The notes: a model not told the origin generated them from the letters alone. 64,000 nucleotides of DNA from Selaginella moellendorffii (GCF_000143415.4 NW_003314279.1:1288091-1352090); one strand, 5' to 3'; counted from the stretch's first letter, positions 21,191 through 33,594 are shown. Program-made: numbers and translations.

Positions 21191-21511
21191 TTGAAACTCA
21201 TGAATTTGTTTATTTTAGCGTGCCAAACTCAAGTTTTATTTTCTAGGGTTTCAACTACAACACCCACATTTCTAGCCTGTGCAGCTTCATGCCGCTTAAG
21301 GCGCTGCATGGCAAGCTGCACAGTCACCTTGCAGCACTCAAGAATGAGCTCATCAAAAGGGATGTCAACAATTTCGAGAGATTCTTGAGTTGCTGCTCGA
21401 CACCTCTTATGTGGTTTCCAAGGTAAGATCAAGTGGAGCGAGTCTTTTTATTTCAATTCCTAGCTTGCTTGCAGATCAAGAAGCTCTTGCTGGAGCTCAA
21501 GGAAAATAGCC

Positions 21512-22490
21512 TCAATTCAGTTCCATTTGCACCTGGAAATGGTATAACTAACCATGGAAGCTTGTAGTATCCTGAGTCTCCAATGATGTACTCCCAAAAC
21601 TGGTATTAGCCTCTTTAGACTGCTGATTTGTTAAGAATCTCACCTAACTCTCTTATGTAGAATGAACTCTTCCTCAAAATGGTTATGTCATTGCAACTCC
21701 CTGGAACTCCAACTTGAATATCTAGGAACCTTGCTTCACTGTCCACAATAGCTTGCATGACAATTGAGTAATCCTTGTCCTTGTTGTAATAATCACTTGC
21801 AAAAGCATTTCCAGGAAGTTGAACTTCAAAATGCGTGCAGTCAATTGCACCACAGCAATTTGGGAAGCCATGAAGACTCTCAAAATCTGTTTTTACTGTT
21901 GACGGATCTACTAGCCACACAGAAAATTATCCTAGATGTTGGAATGTTGCGTCGGAGAACTTCTAACAATACTTCTGGATAGTTGCTTTAGAAACACCAA
22001 AATGCTTTGCCAAATTAACAAAATAATCACCTAAAGCTAATCTCCATAAAGCAATGGCAACTTGGTTACCAATAGGAAGATATCTAAATGGAATGTTTCT
22101 TAAACTTGGAGGTGGTGCTATCTGCGTTTATAGAGCAACAAGTTCACAGATTGTCAAGAACTACTCCTCAGAAATTCTAAAAAACCCTCTCCACCTTGTT
22201 GGATATTGCATTCTAACCTCATCCACCTAATGACAAAACCAATGAAGAGAACTTGGTTTGATATAGAAATCTCCTTCTTGAAAGAGGTTCAGTTGCAACC
22301 AACTCCCAACTACTGCCAAACACATGTGATGATACACTAACACTGATTGTTGTTGAAGAGCAGCTTCAAGCCTTTCATTCTCAAGATCTTCTTTGAAACA
22401 CTTTCTAGATCTTCTATAAGCAACAACCAACTAATCAATTGCAATAGCAGCCGTAGCAACCACAAAAACCATAGCTGTTGCCTTGTTCAT
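21512..22490 (-). pseudogene. Harbinger DDE transposase (HARBI1/DDE_Tnp_4), N-terminal and catalytic part
   Basis: GFPNCCGAIDCTHFEV...YSIVMQAIVDSEARFLDIQVGVPGSCNDITILRKS...YIIGDSGYYKLPWLVIPF. In-frame stops present. Confidence 0.9.
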
Positions 22491-25400
22491 CCCACATGAA
22501 CCCTAATGATGTGGCATTAATCAATGACAAATCAGCACTGACTCAATAGTAACTTAATATGGATGATGGTTACATGTACAGTGCCACTGTCATTTTATCA
22601 CCATCACTACACAGAAAATGACGGTGATAGTCACATGTGCAGTGTCTCTAAGTCAGCTGCAAACAATGTTATCTCATTGTTTTTCTCTTGCATACTACTG
22701 TACAGGTCTCTCATTGCTGGATCAAGTGCACGTTAAAAAACATGGATGGGGTGTGCTTGTTTCCACGGAGATGGACATTTACTGCTCCGAGAAGCTTGCT
22801 GTCCCTCCTCACATCAATGTTGACGGTTTAATAGCTAATCTCCAGAGTGAGATTCTCACCATTCACCTTCCCAAGGGGGTCACTGCACTCGAAGGGACAG
22901 CTTCAACAGTGCCAATTGTGGACTGTGTTGAGGCCGAGCTGGACATGAGTATTTTGTGTCCAAAGCAACTATTGTAGATGACAAGCATCACACATTCTTC
23001 ATGTTGAAGTTCCAGGTTATGTCCCTGGAACTTCAGGGACATTCACGTTTTCTCATGTCGCAAGAGGAAGTGATTGTAAACAATACAGGGCCGGAACTCG
23101 TCATTAAGACCACTGCCAACATCTTCCATCAAACAAAGTTTAAGCTTCCCTCCAGTGCTAACATGAAGCAGGCGAGAGCGTCCCTCCAGAATGGCTTGCT
23201 TACCATTCGCATTCCCAAGAGTGCAATGGCCACTCGGGAGCTGGACACGAGTTTTTCTTTTTACCTCTACTAATTTCATTTCCTTCTCTGCTGCAGCCAC
23301 GAGCAAACGTCTCGAGGCAACTATTGCAAGCATCACCACGTTCTTCGTGTCGAAGTTCCAGGTATGTCCCTGGAAACTTTCAGGTTTTCTCAATAGCTTT
23401 TGCTTTGCGACCATGCAGGCTTGTCACAAGAGGTGAGAGGAAGTGATTGTGCCACAGAAGGAAGTTTAAGCTTCCCAGCTTTATTGCAACAGCTTTAGAG
23501 CTCGCTGGTTATATTCAGGGCTGATAAGAGTCTAGTTTATTGTCCGTCTCTCTACATTTAAAGCCAGAATATCCTAAATTATTCAGGCATATTCTAAATA
23601 TCACTGTTTAGTAATAATCACACTTTTAATAGCCATCATAAATATAAGGGCATTAGTTGGTGCGCTGTAGAAAAATAATTGCAATTTGGTCCTAATGTTC
23701 TATAGGGACTAATACAAAACTTTGGGCATAATGCCCCTCACTCTTGGCTGCACTGAAAATGGTGTCCAGTGGATGCCACTTCCAGTGGACCCTATCATCC
23801 CTAGCCATGCTGAAAAGCCATCAACTGCACCATGCTTGAAGTCTCTAGTTTGCGTTTGTCCTTCAGAATGGAGTAGCTGCTGCCAACATTAGTCACTGCT
23901 ATACCGCTAACAAGGGAGGAAAGAAAACTCTAGATTCATTTCTCTAATGCAAAACTCCCAAATCTTTTTCATGATCCACACTTTATATTTTGTTAGGTGT
24001 TTTATAGGATTTATTGATGCTTGCCATATGATCACTGGGCATTGTCCACCTATGGCTTTTTTAGAGGAATTTTGTGGAGTGGAAACGTGATTAAGGAGTT
24101 AATGATGATTTTTCAGCCTCTTTTTGGGCCATTATGAAGTTGTTATGTCCAAAGCTAGTGGCTAGTAGCTCACCATCTTGAGAAAGAGAGAGGAGAGGGA
24201 TTTCCTTTAACTTTTAATTTTATATTTTCAAAGAAGTAAGATTTAAAGAAAGAATATTGCAAAATTAGAAAAGAAAACTTAAGTTAAAATCACTCCACAC
24301 TCTATGCTCTAATGTTTTGTGTCATGAAGAGCTCCTCTTTATATAGTCCTTAAATCATATTCTATATTTTGTTATTGATATTATAAAGTATTAGTGTAGG
24401 AAAGGTGGTAAATTTAAATGACCATTGTTGAATGCATATGTTATATAAAAAAATATTTTTGAATGGTGGCATAAATCTTGGAAAGTTTGGAGGGTATGCT
24501 TAAATGTGAGAGTTATATAATAAATCATTTTATAAAGATGATCAAAGATAAAGTTTGTGATAGAGTAGGGTGGATAGGTAATAAGACAAATATAAAATAT
24601 ATAAAGGAAATAGTAATTTGGTTTGAATTAATTTTTACTTTGACTTCAAATATTAGGTTATTGAGAAATGTGGTTAAGTGATAGCAATAGAGATATTGTA
24701 ACACACCTAACTTTGGAGCAAAACTTTTTATGCTACGAAACAAGGTCAAAATGCATTTAATATCCCCTAATATGCATTTATCCTTATATCTAGCTTTTGC
24801 ATGCAAAATAAATGTTAGATGGTATTTGGCACAATTTTGACATATCAATGGCCTTATGCGAAGAGGAAGGCACCCTACCAATTAGAGCAACATAGAAATT
24901 AAGTTTAAACCTAAGCCAGACATAAAATAAAAACTAACATAGCCCAACTTAAGCCAAACAAATAGCTCAAGTGGTCAACCATACTTCCAACTATTATCCC
25001 TATTATATTTTTAGAATCCTTTACAGCTCCACCCCCTAATATGAATGCATGTTTTGTGCTTTCACCATAATTTCAGGATATAAGCTTGAAAACTTATTAA
25101 ATATAAAATAGTGTTAAATTCCAAATCAAGATGCAAGAACAACACCATAGTGTTTTAAGACACTCTCTACCTATGCCTCTTGGACAGATCTAAATACTTA
25201 CTATAAATATCACGTGAAATTGAAATAGGACTAGCACATAGAACATGATAATAAGGGTGTTTGGCAGATATAGTAAGTTATTATGTAGCTTAAAGTTCCA
25301 TTAGATGAAATATGTTTTCATTCCCAATGTTCCAAAGGGATTAATATAAAAACTTCACATGCTACCCACTCATAAAGCTATCGTTTATAAAGCTATCTAA

Positions 25401-27149
25401 TGGAACTCTAATATATGACACAAATATGTATTCTTATTGTAGGAGAGGTTGTCCATTGTGCCATATCCAAGTCAATGTCTCCCCTCAAGTGAATCTCAAG
25501 ATCCCACTTAGGAGGTATCATCTTTAGCAAATCCCATCATCCATCACTTTGTTGAAATATGGGAGCCATTTGTTTCACTAGATTTCTATCTTTGCTAATT
25601 TTGTTGTGTCTCTTAAGATGGTGTAGTGCAACTGTACTACTCCTTGAGTGAGTCTCCACCACTGTACAATCACTACTAATACTCTAGCTTGTCTCTCATC
25701 AAGGTGGAGATGATTACATGTTTACTTAGACATTTGTCACTCATTATACTGCCCACCAATCATGGCCCAAAACCTCTTAAATTAGAGCCTTGCCTCCACA
25801 TTTGTCTCATCCCATCAACCATGGATACCCCACCTTTGTTATCCTTGACACTAGATGCACTACCATATTAGGCCTGTAGGCAAGTTTCTTGCTACCTCAA
25901 ACCACTAAAGGACATTTCCACTTCATAACTTTCCATTAGCAAGATATTAAAAATTTATGTTGGAACTCTAGTTTTCTATATTTTTGCTTTTGGCTCTTTT
26001 ATTAGGACACCTTTCTTAGTTTTTAAGAAGAATAATCTTGTTCTTCAGGATTTTAATATTTTTGTTTAGCACTTCATTAATATATTCAGTGGTGCCAATA
26101 CTCCAAGTCTAGATCCACCTCTACATCTAAATTCCATTTCATGAAGGCCAAAATGGAAATATTCTTTTAAAGTTGCATTGTCCCATGAAATATAGATGGT
26201 GACCATATGGAGATGTTAAATATTTCATAATTTCTCATTTAAATCCAATATCTCTCATAAGAGTTATTAATTCTACTGTTCAATATCAATTAATTGCAAA
26301 AATATTGGCTCGACCATCATCAAACTTTTATTCCTCATCCAATGGCTTCAGTCTTGGAGCAACTAACACACCTAATTCTAATACAAATTAGAGCCACTTA
26401 TTAATAACATTTCTCTGATGTTGAATAAGAATGTCAAATCAATAATCACTTTATATATATTGTGGAAATATAGACTACTTTATCCTCATCTTCCACCTCT
26501 CAAACTAGTATAATAAGTGTTGCACATGTGGTTCCAATTAACAAGTGTTCAACTAAACAACTCATCCCATCTTTTTACTCTTAGTTTCATTCTTCTTCTT
26601 TTTTTTCATATCTCTAAACCTTTTTACATCATTATTTTTAACTTCTTTTTTTGAGTTTTATGTGATAACAATGCCAAAAGAAAATTTTATTGACTGAGAG
26701 TTGTATTTTCTTATGGCAATCTACTTTGACCAATATAATGTCCAACTTGTGGTGGATGGTCAATAAATCTCCTCTAGATTCATCATTCACAAAATTGAGT
26801 TTATTGAAATTATAATATATAAGTCTCATTTTCTTCAAACTTATTTCCACTTTGAAGACCCTAGTCTTCTTTGGTTTGAGCTAGTGAAACTCAATAGTAG
26901 ATTGGTAGTGGTGTGATAATGAAACAATTTTCCCTTTCTCCAAGTTCTCTTTTTATAATTTTTGAATAAATCTTTTATATCTCTTTAGCTGAGTTTTGGG
27001 ATACTAATCATTATTATCTTAATTTTATTTTTGCTATGGTGTTCATCCATCATTTCCTAATGTTTAGAACAAACTAACCTTCCTTCTAAATATGCTATCT
27101 TTGCAAATGTTTTAACAAGAATATATTACCACCATATTAACCTTAATAT

Positions 27150-29110
27150 AATTGTCTTATTGATCTTCTTAAGGAGAAGTCACCAGCATTTGGTTTAATT
27201 TATAATTTATTACTAGTGGAGTTAGAGGTTTTGAGTGGACATATTGAGGAAAACCTTTCTAAAGGTTTATTGGGCATATCTAATCTCTTATTAGTGTATA
27301 TGTCTTTTTTATTTATCTCTTATATGTTTTTGTCATCTAGTGGTTGATTATTACAACCTTAACAAAGTCATTATTTCGATTTAGTATCCACTTTTATTGA
27401 TTCTTGAGATATTAGAGTGTTTTACAAATCACCAAGATCAATTTGTGTGGCATAGACATTCTTATTCACATTTAAAAGGGTGATGAATGGAAGACAATTA
27501 TTCATACTTGTTATGACCATTTTGAGCACATAGTTATATCTTTTTGTTTAACTAATGTTTCAATTTTTTTTCAATACAAGGCTAATGATATTTTTTGTAA
27601 TTTAGTTTATGTCTTCATTATCATTTACCTTGATGACATTCTTTTTTTTTTGAGACTCAAGAAGAACACAATTGTCATATTTGCTTTATTCTTTAAAACC
27701 TTCAATAACACAACCTCTTTGCAAAGTTAGAAAAGTGTTCTATTAATTAAGATTTGGCTGAGTTTTTAAGTTATATTGTTTCTTCACATGGCATCATCAT
27801 GAGTTTCTACTGTTCTAAGTAGTAGTATTTAACTTTTATTCGTGATGTTTAGTGTTTCTTTGCATTTATGAACTTTTATTGATTTTTCATTTAAAACTTT
27901 TCCAATATCACTTTTTATCTAACAAAACTCACCACAAAAAATCCCCCTTTGGTGTAGTCTTTTGCTGCTTATACTACATTTAATTTCTTCAAGTTTACAT
28001 TCACTTTTACTCATGTCCTCATCTATCTAAACAATAAAAAGTTATATTTTGTTGTCATAAATATTTCAAATTTTACATTAGATGGTGTTTTCTCATAAGA
28101 AGAACTAGATAGTGAGTTTCATCTAATTATTTTTCACTCTTAGAAGTATATAATTGTAAAGATCAATTATAACATTTTTAACAAAGAGCTTCTCAATCAA
28201 TTGTGAATTCCTTTGAAACATCATTTTCCCCATGTGACCATTATTTTTAATGATTATAAACTAGTCTTTAAGACACATCCTTAATCAGCATCAAACTTAT
28301 TAGTCCCAATTTATTTTCTAAGGAAAGACAATAGAAAAATTAATGGTCTCACTTGACGTAATTACTAACTCTCTCTTGTAAAGAATTTACATTTAATTTT
28401 TAATAATAAGCATTTCTTGACTTAGATAGCTTCTATATTAATTTCTTGTATAAAAAGTTTGTGAATAAATTTCTTTGAGAGTTCCTCCAGCTTAATATAA
28501 TAATTATTAGTTTCTTCAATTTTGGGATATACATCTCATCAATATGCTTAATTTTATATATTTGATAGTGAGATGCATTTGTGTCATTAAGCTTACTATG
28601 ATACTCTAGTAGCAAAACACTTTAGCTTCCATAAGTAAGACATTGGAATTGGTCTAATAATTATTTTGGTGCTCTTATATAAGTAAATATATTGAAAATG
28701 TTATCTATACTTGCAATATATATATAATTAAACCAACATGTTCCATTTGGTATTCTTTAGCCACTTCCTCTTGCTCTTAGGTCTTGGAAATCTTTCTCTA
28801 TGGATTTCTTTATTGATTTTCAACTTTCTTGAAGATTTGATATTATCTTTATTGTGGTTAGTCAATTTTCCAAAAGTGTACATTTACTATATTAGAAGAT
28901 GATTGATGGAGAGCAATTATAATTTTATATACAAGGACATTTTATATTTTCATGGATTGCCAAAGTATATTATTCAACTCTTAAACAATATCTTTAATGC
29001 TTAATTTCCTATCAACAAATGATTGGGTTGATATTTTCCTTTTTGCTAAGTTTTCTTATATCAATTCTCAACACTCTTCAACACATTAGTTTTCATTCTT
29101 AGTCAAACTC
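27150..29110 (+). mobile_element. Heavily decayed Ty3/gypsy LTR retrotransposon pol remnant
   Basis: KGDEWKTIIHTCYDHFEH (RT motif GDEWKTAFxTxYGHFE) at about 27475, FIIIYLDDIL at about 27615, an RNase H-like segment at about 28050-28200, and integrase PFGIL*PLPLALRSWKSFSMDF at about 28745. The order RT-RH-IN is that of gypsy. Many stops and frameshifts. Confidence 0.8.
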
Positions 29111-29179
29111 TAACCTTCAAGTTTTTATTAGTCATATTCATAACTTGGAGAGAAGTCTATTTTAAATATGACTTGGAGA

Positions 29180-29340
29180 GAAATCATATGAATATTAATC
29201 ATTTAAATATTCTTATCATATTATGAATATCATAAAATGAATGAGTCTTTTTATGATGAATTCATGAATTATGATATATTATTAATATCATAATGAATTA
29301 TATTATGAATATCATATTATAAATATTAGTCATATTCATT
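29180..29340. repeat. AT-rich low-complexity degenerate repeat (ATATCATATTATGAAT-like units)
   Basis: Recurrent TATCATA / TTATGAAT / ATATCATA units. Confidence 0.55.
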
Positions 29341-30026
29341 TCTTCTAGGCTTTGGTTTTACAGATTGCTCTATTCTTGTTCCTACAAGTTGCTCTATCTC
29401 CAAGCTAATTAGAAACCTATGTGTAGGTCCATACTAATCCTGAAATGTACAACAGGTTTTAAATTCAAATCTCATGAGTAGAAATATAAGGTTTGAATTC
29501 TGTCATAGATATTGACAGTAAAATACACTCTAGCATATACAAAGAAATGACAAATATGTGACAACAATTTGAGAAGAATTAATCTTATATTGTCCCTCAT
29601 CTTTGATTTTAGATGCAATTCTGAACTCATGCTCAATCTCAATTGTGAGAACTAAAAACACTAACTAGAGAAGGAGAAAAGGGAATATTCTAAAGAATCT
29701 TACTCATACTAATCACTTAAAACATCTTTGAGGCTTGACGATTTCTCTTACATGATTTCTGTCTATAGTGATGTCATAGATACTTACAAATAAGAACATA
29801 TTTCTCCTATATGATGGAACATAAAATAAATTTATTTATAATAATTTAGCATTTATAATTACCAATTTTCAAAGTATTATAATCAAAACAAATTAACCTT
29901 CGAATAAAAAGTTTTTAGAAGTCAATTACCAAGTTGTTAATATAAATAGTTATATAATTATTTTAAAAATTATTATAATATTTTTATACTGCTTTCTAGA
30001 AAGATTCAGGAAAAATTATAGCTAAA

Positions 30027-30878
30027 ATGAATGTACATACTTTTATTCTTCTTTTAGTTTTAAATTTTAATATTAGTTTTGCTCCAAAGACATACAAACC
30101 AAAATTTGGAAAGGTTGGAATTTTAAACTCACAAGATATTACAAAAATTATTACAACTATTTATAATCTATTATATAAAATTGATGGTGAAAGTTATTAT
30201 TCATCAACTTATAGTGATGATGCTTTTGTTGAAACATCTAAAGGAGTTGTAAAAGTGTTTCTTGAAGCTAAAGATTGTGAAGACACACATATGACAATAT
30301 ATGGTTCTAATATAAAAAAAGGTATTGAAACTATATTAGATAAAAGTATTGATTCACTTAGAGAAGTTATGCCTGGTGAGTTTGAGAGAGAAAGTGTTAA
30401 ATTCCTTTTAAAGTATACTCTTTCAGATATATCTAATGAATTATTACAAAGTAGTTTTAAAAATGTCCACTTAAATGATAATGTATTATGTTTCTTTGAA
30501 AGTTATAATTTATTTTCTGGTTCAAAATTATATACTGATAATTTCTTGATTTCTCCAAATAATAAAAATATATTTATCTTAGAATCTAATTGTAATCTTG
30601 CTTATTACTCAAAGAATGTACTAATATGGCAATCCAAAACTTACATATATGGATTTTATTATTGTTTTTTAATTTTACAACAAGATGGAAATCTAGTTTT
30701 ATACTATGACACTATTGCTTTATGGTCTACTAATACTTATTGTGAACATCAACCTGATTGTTTGTTATCAACAATATTTACTGTTAAAAATAGTTGTAAC
30801 TTAGAACTTGTTTCAACTAAATTCCCAAATAAAGTTTTGTGGGAATTAAAAACAAATTCTGAAATATTATGTTTTTAA
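30027..30878 (+). CDS. Secreted protein: signal peptide, unknown N-terminal domain and C-terminal bulb-type (GNA/B-lectin) mannose-binding domain; intronless
   Basis: 283-aa uninterrupted ORF in roughly 20-25% GC DNA. Signal MNVHTFILLLVLNFNISFA. B-lectin text SGSKLYTDNFLISPN...FILESNCNLAYY...IWQSKT...CFLILQQDGNLVLYY..ALWSTNT, with one intact QxDxNxVxY site. Confidence 0.8.
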   Translation: MNVHTFILLLVLNFNISFAPKTYKPKFGKVGILNSQDITKIITTIYNLLYKIDGESYYSSTYSDDAFVETSKGVVKVFLEAKDCEDTHMTIYGSNIKKGIETILDKSIDSLREVMPGEFERESVKFLLKYTLSDISNELLQSSFKNVHLNDNVLCFFESYNLFSGSKLYTDNFLISPNNKNIFILESNCNLAYYSKNVLIWQSKTYIYGFYYCFLILQQDGNLVLYYDTIALWSTNTYCEHQPDCLLSTIFTVKNSCNLELVSTKFPNKVLWELKTNSEILCF

Positions 30879-32342
30879 CAATTCATCAGAATATAGCTTT
30901 ATAATGATTATATTTTTACAGATTATTCAATTTATAAAATATTTAAAATAATTTGCTATGTGTTGCATGTAGCAATGCTTAGTTTACTTAATAGTAGCGT
31001 TATTTATTTGTTATTTATAAACACAAGATTAATATTATTGCATATCAACCATTAGATGATAGAATTAAAAAAAGAATATAATAGAAAGGTTAAAAAAGTT
31101 TATAAATTATAAATACAAAATTAATCTAAGTGAATAACAACTGTGAGATAGTAAACTATCCTAGAATATCCAAATATATTCTAGATATATTCACTACCAT
31201 ACAGGTTTGCCAAAAACTATTTGAATAAAAATCCTAGTAAAATGCACAAAAACTATATTTTCTGGAGCCTTGAAGATTATTCTTGTGATCCTCTTGGAAC
31301 TAGTGAGGGAGAACGCTGCTAGTTGTTGATTCTTGTCCAAAGCTAGCAGTTTATAACCATAATCACTGACCTTGGAATGTGCTGTTTCTCTCTTAATAGC
31401 TAGTGCAGTTCTCCCAGTGCAACTATGATTTGTTTAGGACTACATGGGTGACTGCCAGGGGCTGCTAGATTGCAAAGGTCTTCTAAATTTTCAGTGTGCC
31501 ATCTCCCATCCAACTTTACCTAAAATCCTCAAAACCTTGAGTATTCTTATGCGCAAGCAAGCTATCGACCAGAGCCATTTCTTGTCCAGTGCCTAAGTGC
31601 TTGTTCGAGTGCTTGTTTGTTTGTTGGAATGCTGACCCCACAGTGCTCTGGCCTCACCATTGTATTGTAGCTTGTCACTTTTGTCATCTGGGCAGGTTTG
31701 CATCGAGTGATGTAAGTGAGAAAATTAATAATAAACCCCAATTACAAACGAATTAGAGTTTGTTTTAGAATCTAGATTGAGGCATATCCTACTACTTAAA
31801 CATTCTTGACATATTCTTTACACCCAGGTTTTCTAAAGCAAACAATTTATCCAATTTATCCCGTTTGGTTGAAAAATAAGATATAGAACGTCTAAAGATA
31901 AGTTAAGCTACTAAAATGCATGCTTGTGGTGTCAAGTTACGTTTGGTAATGTATGCCTTATTACCTTGTGATGCATGAGGCGAATGGATTGAGCATAGTG
32001 AAGTGTTGAGAATGGTTAGGATAAAAGTTTGGGAATGACAAGGCCAGACATGGCTTGGAGTTTATACTTTAGTCCTTTACTCTCTATTCTGCCCAGAACA
32101 GATACAATAATTAGTACATGTATGCTTTGCTACCTCACAAAGTGAGGTGCTGTCGAATGCCACGAGATTAACATGTAGAGCAGCAGCTCGTCCAAAAACC
32201 TTGAAACGAGCGTCAACGTAGATGTGTGTGATCAGACGGGTATAGATTGAGAAGATTGAGAAGCGTGGAATCAAATCAAATCAAAGAATGACAAACAAAA
32301 TTGCGAACTTGATGACAGCAGGTTCTTTTCTCCTCGGGTCAG

Positions 32343-33226
32343 TCACGTTTTCTAACCGATTGGTGATCAGAGCAGAGGAAACGAAACAATATCAATTAAG
32401 TTACCTGGATTGGCAAGAAGAGCTTGTATTCAGCAGGCAGCTCCTCCTCGGAGTAAAGGCGATCGGAGAAGTAGATCCTCCGGATGCGGCAATTGGCGTG
32501 AACTTGGACGCACAGCGTCTCGACGTAGTTCGTGCCGTAAGCGCGCCTCGTGAAGTCGGAGAGGTTGAACTGGATCTGGTTCCATCCCTCGTCTAGCCTC
32601 ATTGGCATGGTACAGATGAAAGGCTTCACGCGTGTTGTCGACTGAAAGAAGAACGGAGGTGAGCAACGACAGCTTTGCTAGAGAAAAGGAAGTTAACGAA
32701 AGAAACTTGTGAGAAGTTTATATTACCTGGTTGAAAGCAGATGTGAGCGTGGAAGTACCTCAAAGTTGGAGGCTTTGAACCGGCGCTTGACGTTCTTGTC
32801 GTCGAGGACTTGGACCTCAAACGTGAAGTACTTGCGCAGGTTCTTGATGATCATCACCAGGAAGGGCAGCTTGATGCCGAGCGTGGTCTTTGGTTCCTTG
32901 GGGCAAGTGATGAAATTCGTGCTCACGTTCGTTCCGCGAATCTCCAAAACACTCGACTGGATGTCCTCGTCAGTCAATCTCTTGATGTAGCCATTCGTCA
33001 CTGCAACAAAAAGGAAGAACAAAGAAACAAAGTTCTCTCTCTAAGACCGAAGGACACAAAGAAAGGATCAGACCTTCTTCGTTCCATATGTTGAGAGGCT
33101 TTCTCCTGTCCAGAAAAAAAAATGCATTAGCGAGCTCTCTACAGATCTTTGACGAATAGAAACGATTTCTCACCCAATGCTGTAGAGGATGGAGAGGAAG
33201 CCGGATTGGAAAGCATTCCTAAACAT
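32343..33226 (-). CDS. CFAP20: Cilia- and flagella-associated protein 20 (BUG22/FAP20), multi-exon
   Basis: [18 protein letters not shown]|[10 protein letters not shown]|[21 protein letters not shown]...[41 protein letters not shown]|[79 protein letters not shown]|KT*, nearly identical to the invariant family sequence. Confidence 0.97.
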
Positions 33227-33594
33227 TGTCGCTCCCCCAAATCAGCGCCGCGCTCGCTCGCTCGCTCCTGCCCTAGGTCTGGCTCCAAAGTATTTCGATC
33301 GGCCTGGCCAGTGCGAATGTCAATCTATCTCTCAATCACTTCACGGCGCTGGCATTGCGTACCTTCGATCGCGATCAAGAGAGAGCTACGAGGGCGACGG
33401 ATGGATCAAAATCGGTGGCTCCCCCTCCACTCCGCCATTGCAGGCTTGCCGGTAACTAAACCGCCCAGCTCCATGTCATAGCTGATGTGGCTGGAGAATC
33501 CGCCAACATGGCGAGAATGTCGCTGGCGTGGCGCCATGTGAATCGTTGTCCGGAGCTAACTGCCCAGCCGGCTGAAATTCAAAAAGAAGAGCGC

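Larger units (their letters stand above)
18834..22648. mobile_element. Complete but decayed PIF/Harbinger DNA transposon (3815 bp) with 30-bp TIRs and TAA target-site duplication
   Basis: Left TIR 18834-18863 TAGATGTTGCACATGTGACTGTCACAGTCA versus reverse complement of 22619-22648 GAGACACTGCACATGTGACTATCACCGTCA (24/30 identical). TAA at 18831-18833 and 22649-22651. Internal HARBI1-type transposase and Myb/trihelix remnants. Confidence 0.9.
18353..23480 (+). pseudogene. Multi alpha-crystallin-domain (HSP20-like) protein gene with a mitochondrial-like presequence, disrupted by a Harbinger insertion and frameshifts
   Basis: Presequence-like MLMRLISATRSRSGILTASASIRSECRKLS. Removing 18834-22651 restores YSVDVQVP-G|GTAAGT...CAG|LSLLDQVHV...LAVPPHINVDGLIANLQSEILTIHLPK. 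Second ACD: HILHVEVP-G...EEVIV...FKLPSSANMKQARASLQNGLLTIRIPK. Third partial copy: HVLRVEVP-G|LSQE. Confidence 0.7.

Noticed and set aside
23600-27100. CpG-depleted AT-rich DNA with an LTR-like TGTAACAC start at 24697
   Set aside because: Probably transposon-derived, but I could not find a paired LTR, PBS or diagnostic protein motif to set boundaries.
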